31,127 bases of DNA, from the IMG/VR virus record IMGVR_UViG_3300020044_001002, positions 1 to 31,127 of that record; one strand, given 5' to 3'. Below, piece by piece: positions 1 to 6,118 of the stretch; position 1 is the stretch's first letter; every line of letters starts with the position of its first letter. The notes below the pieces were generated by a model. That model had not been told where the DNA came from and made no database searches. It worked only from the letters and a program-made list of their open reading frames with translations. Both the position numbers and the translations under genes were made by a program. Source of the DNA: a virus (Duplodnaviria > Caudoviricetes).

Positions 1-870
1 GTTATTCTTTTGGCTATCCTCAAAATAACGCAATACCCTAATCTCAAAGCCTACAAATTGGATGATCCAACAGGCAGTATTGTCGGCCCAGCCCAAGTCG
101 AAAACAGCATGAACTGGTTTGGTAGAGTCATAAGGAACAGTACCAATCCTACCTTCTAGCTCCGCCATTTCCATCTCTTTAGCAAAGATAGCGCCATCAA
201 CTGTATTTCGAGTTGCGCCTTCCCATACATTGTTATAAGCAGATATATCCCTTTGTTTTAAGGATAAACGCTCCAAATTGAGGGTATCAGGAAACCAAGG
301 GTTGTCATCCCAGTTCACCTTTACAACTACTGAGCTTTCAGGAGGATTCTCAACAAACCGCTTCCAAGTGTCATCAGTAGGTAATTCAGGGTTAAACGAT
401 ACCCAAATTTCTGAGTTTTGCTTACGAATTGTTGGTATTAGGACATTCCAGCTATTAGCTGATACCGATTGAGCTTCTTCCACCCAGCAAATATCAATAC
501 CTTCAATAGACTTCACATTGTTTGTATTGTTCTTGATGCCTACAAAGATAAACTCTGTGCCATTGATTCCTCTAATGGTTGTCTGAGTAATCTCATAAAA
601 GGCTTCCATGCCCAATTCATATATTTGGTCTGACAATAGCTTATGAACTGAGTCTTTAATGGATGTTTGGAATTCCCTGGCGCAGAGGATACGCAATGGC
701 TCTTTTGTGCCTTTTGCAAGCAATGCCCTAGCAAAGCACCAAGACTTTGCACCGCCTCGACCACCATAGAATATGCGATAACGAACCTTTTCAGGTTTAA
801 ATAAAGCCTCAAATTTCTTAGGAAATCTTATCCTAGAAATTGCATCCTTAATCTTCTGATCGATTTGCAT
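1..870 (-). CDS. terL: Terminase large subunit (PBSX/XtmB type), partial, runs off the left edge
   Basis: Not in the ORF track. Manual translation from ATG at 870 gives MQIDQKIKDAISRIRFPKKFEALFKPEKVRYRIFYGGRGGAKS (Walker A), ...ICWVEEAQ (Walker B), ...SFNP... and ...VFDLGWAD (nuclease domain start). The frame is open to position 1 and overlaps the terS end. Confidence 0.95.
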   Translation of the reverse strand, partial: MQIDQKIKDAISRIRFPKKFEALFKPEKVRYRIFYGGRGGAKSWCFARALLAKGTKEPLRILCAREFQTSIKDSVHKLLSDQIYELGMEAFYEITQTTIRGINGTEFIFVGIKNNTNNVKSIEGIDICWVEEAQSVSANSWNVLIPTIRKQNSEIWVSFNPELPTDDTWKRFVENPPESSVVVKVNWDDNPWFPDTLNLERLSLKQRDISAYNNVWEGATRNTVDGAIFAKEMEMAELEGRIGTVPYDSTKPVHAVFDLGWADNTACWIIQFVGFEIRVLRYFEDSQKNN

Positions 871-1267
871 TAGGCTCTACAAAGGTAATTTCTACACCTT
901 TAAGCAATGGAGCGCCTTCTGCTCCAGTTAGCTCTTGTTTGATGCGCTCTGAATACTTCTTAGGGAATCGAGCAGCCATCGATCTAGACCATAGACCAAC
1001 ATTCAGCTTTTCCCCATCCTTATGTTCTACAAGGTAAGCCTGAGCGTGTTCTTCCCACCAAATCATCTCTCGAATCTTGGCTTCCTCCAAGGCATGAAAA
1101 AATTCCTCATGGGAATCTCTCCAATTGCACAAAGTCCTGTAAGTAATGCCTAATGCGCCTGAGATTTGTTCTAAGGATTTACCCTTATCTCCAAGCTCAA
1201 TAGCCTTCTGACAATATGAAGGATCATACTCAGTTGGTCTGCCTACAGGATTTGCTGTTTCGCTCAT
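848..1267 (-). CDS. terS: Terminase small subunit
   Basis: N-terminal GRPTEY motif plus HTH-like segment, C-terminal QELTGAEGAPL; lies directly upstream of terL. Confidence 0.85.
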   Translation of the reverse strand: MSETANPVGRPTEYDPSYCQKAIELGDKGKSLEQISGALGITYRTLCNWRDSHEEFFHALEEAKIREMIWWEEHAQAYLVEHKDGEKLNVGLWSRSMAARFPKKYSERIKQELTGAEGAPLLKGVEITFVEPNANRSED

Positions 1268-1476
1268 TTTGCTTCTTCAGTAGTCTTTTCGCCATTCTCT
1301 ACTAATTCTTGAGCTTTTGCATCTGCTTCAGCTTGTAGGATTGCGTGGGCTTGAGGAATAGCTTGAACTTTAATCTTGTCGATTACTGGAGCTACTAGGC
1401 TATATTCGCCTTTTGATAAAGCACCAATCATAAATTCAACATCTTGGATTGTTAGATCTTTTAGGGTAATTGTCAT
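1264..1476 (-). CDS. Hypothetical phage protein (70 aa)
   Basis: AAGGA RBS; ATGA overlap with terS. Confidence 0.75.
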   Translation of the reverse strand: MTITLKDLTIQDVEFMIGALSKGEYSLVAPVIDKIKVQAIPQAHAILQAEADAKAQELVENGEKTTEEAK

Positions 1477-1493
1477 GGTTTTTCCTTTTAAAA

Positions 1494-1567
1494 AATTGGC
1501 TACTCACTACAGCTATCAACATTTGGCTTTCTTTACAGCCTAACTCCAACTTTAGTTTTCGCCTAAT
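1494..1567 (-). ncRNA. Candidate structured RNA with a loop E/sarcin-ricin-like module
   Basis: Minus strand AUUAGGC-GAAAAC...GUAGUG-AGUA-GCCAAU: closing stem, GAA opposite AGUA, inner GGCU/AGCC hairpin. It fills most of the intergenic gap. Confidence 0.4.
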
Positions 1568-1580
1568 GATTAGCTAACTT

Positions 1581-1862
1581 TTACTTGCAACCCCAGTTTT
1601 TAAGGGATGCTTTTGCTCTTTCTGCTGGGCCTTTGGCTTTCTTTACTACTCCTTCCATCCTTGCACAAAAGGAGGCTTTACGACCAGCATCAGCTTTTGT
1701 CTTAGGATTTGGAGCAGGAGGCTTTAGGTTTGCATTGTTCTTGGCATTGTATTCAGCCCTACCTTTGGCAGTCATTCCAGCGCCTTTTTCAGTAGGATTG
1801 TAGGTTTTGTCTTTGCCTGTAGTCTTATGCGGAATAGGCTTGTCATGTTTTTTAGTAGCCAT
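1581..1862 (-). CDS. Small Lys-rich conserved phage protein (RKASFCARM motif)
   Basis: Basic 93-aa ORF; the SFCARM...SLKNWGC motif is familiar from aquatic phage hypothetical proteins. Confidence 0.75.
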   Translation of the reverse strand: MATKKHDKPIPHKTTGKDKTYNPTEKGAGMTAKGRAEYNAKNNANLKPPAPNPKTKADAGRKASFCARMEGVVKKAKGPAERAKASLKNWGCK

Positions 1863-1864
1863 GA

Positions 1865-2182
1865 TTATTTCTTCTTTGCAGTTTTTGCAGCTTGTTTGAA
1901 GGCTTCGGCAGTTGGAGCGCCTTTAGTACCAGGCTTACGCATGGTTTCCACTTTTTTAGCGCCTGAAGCCTTTTGCTTCTCAATACGCTCTTGTTTTGCA
2001 TGAATGTTGGCATATAAGCCAGGTTTAGTTGCCATTTTAGTTTCCTTTGGTTGAGGTAATTCGCCCTTAGTTACTACTACTGCTTGCTTATACAGTCTTG
2101 GTCTTTTCTTTGGAACTTGAGGTTCATCAAACTTAACATGAGGGGTTTTCTCAAGAAATAATGATTTAAGCCATTTAAACAT
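1865..2182 (-). CDS. Small basic protein; likely start 2182 (MFKWLK), with an in-frame internal start at 2035 (MATKPGLYANIHAK)
   Basis: GGAGGAG precedes the ATG at 2182 and AAGGA precedes the ATG at 2035. The ORF-track start at 2206 has no obvious RBS. Confidence 0.7.
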   Translation of the reverse strand: MFKWLKSLFLEKTPHVKFDEPQVPKKRPRLYKQAVVVTKGELPQPKETKMATKPGLYANIHAKQERIEKQKASGAKKVETMRKPGTKGAPTAEAFKQAAKTAKKK

Positions 2183-2483
2183 TGCGCTCCTCCATAAAGC
2201 AGACATCTTGCCAACTCATAACTAAATAACGCTCTCCATCTTCAAAATACTCAAAATACTTAAGATATTCGTCTTTAGCGTTATCGTTCATAGTGCCAAA
2301 TCGGACATAAGCGCCCACTTCTACTGGCATATCTTGTCTGCGACCATTGATTACTTTGCCTGGGCCAACTGCCACAACAGTTCCCATATTGTCCTTTTCC
2401 TTGTTTTCCACAAAGATAATGGAGCTAAGTTCTCTAGCATCAGGCTTTACAACAATCTTATCGGCTAATGGTTTTAGTTTCAT
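2175..2483 (-). CDS. groES: GroES/Cpn10-like co-chaperonin
   Basis: MKLKPLADKIVVKP, GTVVAVGPG, VEVG.V.F and DGERYLVM...DV match the Cpn10 pattern. Confidence 0.9.
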   Translation of the reverse strand: MKLKPLADKIVVKPDARELSSIIFVENKEKDNMGTVVAVGPGKVINGRRQDMPVEVGAYVRFGTMNDNAKDEYLKYFEYFEDGERYLVMSWQDVCFMEERNV

Positions 2484-2776
2484 ACCGCCACCTTTTTTGG
2501 TCTGCCTTTGGCTTTTGGCACTACTTTGCCAGCTTCCTCAATAACTTTTTTGCGCTTTTCTTTTGCTTCATCAAAAGATTTGAAGCTAATTTCAATATCT
2601 TGAACCATTGTTTCAAATACTGGATTTGGAGGAACAATGACAAATTCCCCACACCATTCCGAACCATGTCGGTTTTGGTAAGTAGGGTATCTTCTGCATG
2701 ATCCTATAAAATCATTCCCAGTTGATTGGAAATATATACAAGAACTGCAACCATCTTTAGAATTTACAACAGCCAT
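2480..2776 (-). CDS. Hypothetical Cys-motif (probable metal-binding) protein
   Basis: CxxC..F...GSCRRYP......WCGEF pattern, basic KGRPKK tail, GGGAG RBS, ATGA overlap with groES. Confidence 0.75.
   Translation of the reverse strand: MAVVNSKDGCSSCIYFQSTGNDFIGSCRRYPTYQNRHGSEWCGEFVIVPPNPVFETMVQDIEISFKSFDEAKEKRKKVIEEAGKVVPKAKGRPKKVAV
2735..2763 (+). promoter_or_regulatory. Candidate antisense sigma70 promoter
   Basis: TATACA (2735-2740), 17-nt spacer, TAGAAT (2758-2763); points toward the start codon of ORF 2480..2776. Confidence 0.45.
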
Positions 2777-2807
2777 ACAACTCCCAGGTTAGTTGTTTTG
2801 GTTAGAG

Positions 2808-2845
2808 ATGCCCTAGACCTTCACGCTAGGGCATTTCGCTTATTT
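2808..2845 (+). terminator. Stem-loop, probable terminator of the antisense RNA
   Basis: Perfect 9-bp stem ATGCCCTAG / CTAGGGCAT (2808-2834) followed on + by TTCGCTTATTT; no U-tract on the minus side. Confidence 0.55.
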
Positions 2846-3050
2846 AGCCACGCTTATGCGTATAGCAAACACCTTCTGTCTTGCCAGTATTGAATAGCTT
2901 GTCTTTACCAACAGCATCTTCTTTACCCATAGCAACACCACCAGTTTTACGCTCCATGCGCTCACCAGTTTTATCTGAAGAAGTAGCGCCAGCAGGAGCT
3001 TTAGCACCAGTTACTGAAGGAATACCCTTCATTGAATCCATTTTGCCCAT
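2844..3050 (-). CDS. Small Gly/Lys-rich hypothetical protein (68 aa, MGKMDSMKG)
   Basis: AGGAG RBS before the ATG at 3050; the track's TTG start at 3113 coincides with a -35 box. Confidence 0.7.
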   Translation of the reverse strand: MGKMDSMKGIPSVTGAKAPAGATSSDKTGERMERKTGGVAMGKEDAVGKDKLFNTGKTEGVCYTHKRG

Positions 3051-3085
3051 GTTATTTCTCCTATAGAAATGGGGTTTGAAGCTAC

Positions 3086-3113
3086 ATTTTGCCTTATTGA
3101 TTGCAGTTGTCAA
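3086..3113 (-). promoter_or_regulatory. Candidate late promoter
   Basis: TTGACA, 16-nt spacer, CAAAAT at the end of rusA, ahead of the small-ORF/terminase block. Confidence 0.45.
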
Positions 3114-3459
3114 TACCTATTTCATCAATCATTACAAGACATCCGCCACCTTTGCGAATTTCTCCACGCTGAACAATTAGCACATCAATTTGGGAATCCG
3201 AGTCATAAGCCCAGCCTTCTAGTGCATCAAAAAGAGCCTTAATCCGATTATCAATATCTTGGATGCGCCTATCTCTTGGATATAGCGTAACTTGAAAATG
3301 TAAACGCTTTTCACCAAAGCTAGGAACTTTGTTTTCAATGCAATATTCAGTCACATTTTCTCTAAACAACATACCTTCTTTAGAAATAAAGCGCCTTTTG
3401 CCATTAGCTCTCCAGTAAGTATTGACTGAAGGGGGAAGGGGTAAATTAAGAACTAGCAA
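3094..3459 (-). CDS. rusA: RusA-family Holliday junction resolvase
   Basis: LPLPPSVNTYWR and DRRIQDIDNRIKALFDAL...DSDSQI catalytic motifs. Confidence 0.93.
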   Translation of the reverse strand: MLVLNLPLPPSVNTYWRANGKRRFISKEGMLFRENVTEYCIENKVPSFGEKRLHFQVTLYPRDRRIQDIDNRIKALFDALEGWAYDSDSQIDVLIVQRGEIRKGGGCLVMIDEIGIDNCNQ

Positions 3460-3724
3460 GCAATTTCTCCGTTATTTCAAGCAAATCTTCTTGTCCAATT
3501 TGATAATGTTTTTCAAACCCTTTTGCTCCAAGACCATGAACACCTGTATTTCCTCTGTGGTGTTCAGGACATAGTCCGATAACTGGAGCATTATCTCTTT
3601 TGCCTCCAAATCGTCTAATGTGATGGATTTCGCATGGAGTTCCTCCGTTGCCCAAGTGATAACAAAGGATGCAGCCGAGGCTTGAGATTCTTCCATATAA
3701 CTCTTTTTCCGCTTTGGTTGCCAT
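3446..3724 (-). CDS. Ref-like (recombination enhancement) Zn/HNH-type nuclease
   Basis: GCILC...EIHHIR...IGLCPEHHRG..GVH pattern. Confidence 0.8.
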   Translation of the reverse strand: MATKAEKELYGRISSLGCILCYHLGNGGTPCEIHHIRRFGGKRDNAPVIGLCPEHHRGNTGVHGLGAKGFEKHYQIGQEDLLEITEKLLASS

Positions 3725-4161
3725 TAGAAGGGTTCAGTCAAATCAACAAATTTAAAAAGATTCTTTGGAACATCATAGTAAAGCTCATGCTTGGTTTCAT
3801 CTTCTAATTCCCAATATGGGAAAGCCAAAGCAGTTGCTCCTTTAATCCAATAAGCATGAGTCATATCCTGAGTTAATGCAAAGAATAGCGTTTTTGGAAC
3901 TTCTAGCATATGCCTTTTTCTTGCAGGAACATGAATTGTTTCAAATGGACAGTATGGATTCCATTGGCGGACTTCTACTTCAGCAAAACCAACTGGCAGA
4001 CCATTTCTATAAACAATTAAGTCTGTGCCGTAAATATTAGGATTATCCAAAGCCTGTAACCCCCACTTCATTTCAATCCAATCCGCTACTGCTTTTCGAG
4101 CTGGCGGATCGTATTTGTCGTGGAGTTGCTGGTCAAACTTCTTAATTCTCAAATGATTCAT
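3724..4161 (-). CDS. Hypothetical protein, possible PD-(D/E)XK-like nuclease fold
   Basis: YGTDLIV...FAEVEVR resembles a D...ExK/R motif; coupled to the downstream gene by a TAATG overlap. Confidence 0.55.
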   Translation of the reverse strand: MNHLRIKKFDQQLHDKYDPPARKAVADWIEMKWGLQALDNPNIYGTDLIVYRNGLPVGFAEVEVRQWNPYCPFETIHVPARKRHMLEVPKTLFFALTQDMTHAYWIKGATALAFPYWELEDETKHELYYDVPKNLFKFVDLTEPF

Positions 4162-4306
4162 GGGAAATATCTTCTAGTTTTAAGGCAACTTCTACCAATT
4201 CGTTAGCAATTCTTCTAACTTCATCTCTGTTTTGAGCAATAGCAGCTAGGTAATACTGCTCTAAGAGTCGTTTTGCGTTTAAGTAGGGTAAGCTAAAGTC
4301 TTTCAT
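4142..4306 (-). CDS. Small hypothetical protein (54 aa, MKDFSLPYLNAKRLLEQYY...)
   Basis: Below the ORF-track cutoff; AAGGA RBS; fills the gap between neighbouring genes. Confidence 0.7.
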   Translation of the reverse strand: MKDFSLPYLNAKRLLEQYYLAAIAQNRDEVRRIANELVEVALKLEDISHESFEN

Positions 4307-4307
4307 A

Positions 4308-4478
4308 TCATTCCTTATTTAACATTTGTTTAAGAGTTGTTACTTCTTGTTGTAATTCAGCTATTTGCTTTTCTTGTTTTTGAATGGCTTTAGCCAGTTT
4401 TCTAAAATCTTTGGCATTGTCATCAGGGAATAAAAATGGGTTTTCTGCTCTGTCAATTGCTAGTTCATATGCGTTCAT
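4308..4478 (-). CDS. Small coiled-coil hypothetical protein (MNAYELAIDR...)
   Basis: ATGA overlap with the upstream stop and an AGGAG RBS support a start at 4478 rather than 4517. Confidence 0.7.
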   Translation of the reverse strand: MNAYELAIDRAENPFLFPDDNAKDFRKLAKAIQKQEKQIAELQQEVTTLKQMLNKE

Positions 4479-4813
4479 ATAGCTCCTTGTCTGCGATTGC
4501 TTGATAAAGTTCTCCAAATATCAATGATGCGCTGTTCATGTTGTCGCTCATTGTCTATTTTCTTAAATTGCACATAAGCCTGTAAATGGGCATCTAAAGC
4601 CTGGGCATATCTTTCACTTGCTATGGCTTTTTGTTCTCTTTCTGATACTCCGCCTTCAGCCAGCAAAAAAGCATGAGCCTTGGCTTGTTTAATGCCTTCT
4701 GCCAGGTAATTCACTTGTCCGCCTAAAGCAGCATGGAGTTCATTGCTTTCAGCCAATTTCATCAATGCCATTTCAACCCTGTTTTCATCCAATTTGTCTA
4801 AATTCACTTCCAT
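4475..4813 (-). CDS. Conserved helical hypothetical phage protein
   Basis: 112-aa ORF ending IIDIWRTLSSNRR; tightly coupled within the operon. Confidence 0.75.
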   Translation of the reverse strand: MEVNLDKLDENRVEMALMKLAESNELHAALGGQVNYLAEGIKQAKAHAFLLAEGGVSEREQKAIASERYAQALDAHLQAYVQFKKIDNERQHEQRIIDIWRTLSSNRRQGAI

Positions 4814-4995
4814 TCTCCTTTTTCACTAGCTCTGTTACCTTTTGTCCACTGATCTTCAAAATCCCTTAACAACTTATAGCCAAACTTACTTTTGTATTTG
4901 TGCATATATTCTCTAAATTCACGCAAACCCCAATCCCTTCGCCATTTGATTAGTTGCCTAACCATACATTGATGTTTATAGGTTTCCATTCTCAT
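4804..4995 (-). CDS. Hypothetical protein (HQCMVRQLIKWR...DQWTKGNR)
   Basis: Overlaps both neighbours in operon fashion. Confidence 0.7.
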   Translation of the reverse strand: MRMETYKHQCMVRQLIKWRRDWGLREFREYMHKYKSKFGYKLLRDFEDQWTKGNRASEKGEWK

Positions 4996-6118
4996 ACTTG
5001 TTTATTCTTTCGCCAATCCAACGCATTACTGGAACTGCCATTGAATTACCCAATGCCTTATATCTTGGGCCACTAGGGCAATTTTCTTTAATGTTTGTAT
5101 AGTTATCAGGAAATCCTTGTAAACGCTCACATTCAACCTCTGTAAGCCTACGAACTGCCATTTGATGATAGATATGTTGGTCTTGCAAAGTCGATAGAGT
5201 AAAAGCAGTTTCATCAGCTCCTAAGTAGCCTTTACCACCACCTTCGCAGCCACCCCTAACTTTAAAGGCATGAGCAACCATATGAATATCTCCACGAGTA
5301 AGAGTAGGGCTAGGATCTCCATCAGCACCAATACCAAGGCCATTACCCTTATTTAATCTAGTTGCTTGGTCATGTATTGGTATGGCATAAGCTATGTATT
5401 GACTATCAGCAGTTGTATCAGATCCTGGCCTGCTTAATCCTGCAGCAGAACTCAGCAAAGTAGGCGCTTTTTCAGCAACATAAGTTACAAATTGTTCTGT
5501 TTCAAAGTCATTTCTAATGCGAGTCGTAAGGCATTTGGCAATTTTTTCCCCCTTTTGTCCGCTCTGTTTAGTATTCCTGCGCAGGCTTTCGGACTCAAAT
5601 AATACTTTTGCGGTAGGTTTCCAATCTCCAAGATGTCCGACAACAAACACCCTTCTTCTGCGCTGTGCGACTCCGAAGTGTTGAGCATCAAGCACCCTGT
5701 AGCTCCACCCATAGCCGAGTTCAACCAACGCTCCGAGGAAGGATCCAAAATCCCTTCCTTTGTTTGAACTGAGGACACCTGGCACATTTTCCCAAATGAA
5801 CCACTTGGGTCTAAACTTATCAAGAATTCCAACATAGGTGAGTGCAAGGTTTCCCCTTGGATCTTCAAGTCCTTTCCTAAGGCCTGCAACGCTAAATGAT
5901 TGGCAGGGAGTTCCTCCGACCAAAAGTCCAACTGTTCCATTTATATTCCAATCTTTATATTGAGTCATATCACCAAAATTAGGCACATCAGGATAATGAT
6001 GAGCTAACACTTCACTAGGAAATTTTTCAATTTCGCTATATCCAACTGGCTTCCAGCCCATATGATGCCAAGCAACTGTTGCAGCCTCTATTCCAGAACA
6101 AACACTTAGGTAATTCAT
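4976..6118 (-). CDS. DNA (cytosine-5) methyltransferase
   Basis: Motif I SVCSGIEA, IV GGTPCQSFS, VI WENVPG, VIII QRRRRVF, IX RRLTEVECERLQGFPD, X RYKALGNSMAVPV. Confidence 0.96.
   Translation of the reverse strand: MNYLSVCSGIEAATVAWHHMGWKPVGYSEIEKFPSEVLAHHYPDVPNFGDMTQYKDWNINGTVGLLVGGTPCQSFSVAGLRKGLEDPRGNLALTYVGILDKFRPKWFIWENVPGVLSSNKGRDFGSFLGALVELGYGWSYRVLDAQHFGVAQRRRRVFVVGHLGDWKPTAKVLFESESLRRNTKQSGQKGEKIAKCLTTRIRNDFETEQFVTYVAEKAPTLLSSAAGLSRPGSDTTADSQYIAYAIPIHDQATRLNKGNGLGIGADGDPSPTLTRGDIHMVAHAFKVRGGCEGGGKGYLGADETAFTLSTLQDQHIYHQMAVRRLTEVECERLQGFPDNYTNIKENCPSGPRYKALGNSMAVPVMRWIGERINKYENGNL
5485..5940 (-). CDS. Nested alternative-frame ORF resembling the beta polypeptide of heterodimeric C5-MTases (M.EcoHK31I type)
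   Basis: 151-aa open frame wholly inside the MTase. It carries CLLSDILE...QKYYLSPKACAGILNRADKRGKKLP, a segment of the type normally found after motif VIII. Weak GGA RBS. Confidence 0.7.
   Translation of the reverse strand: MEQLDFWSEELPANHLALQALGKDLKIQGETLHSPMLEFLISLDPSGSFGKMCQVSSVQTKEGILDPSSERWLNSAMGGATGCLMLNTSESHSAEEGCLLSDILEIGNLPQKYYLSPKACAGILNRADKRGKKLPNALRLALEMTLKQNNL

Noticed and set aside
278-812. Track ORFs 278..472 (+) and 540..812 (-)
   Set aside because: Shadows of terL, which occupies 1..870 in another frame with clear motifs.
1494-1567. tRNA or hammerhead ribozyme in the intergenic gap
   Set aside because: No cloverleaf or TTCGA T-loop, and no CUGANGA core.
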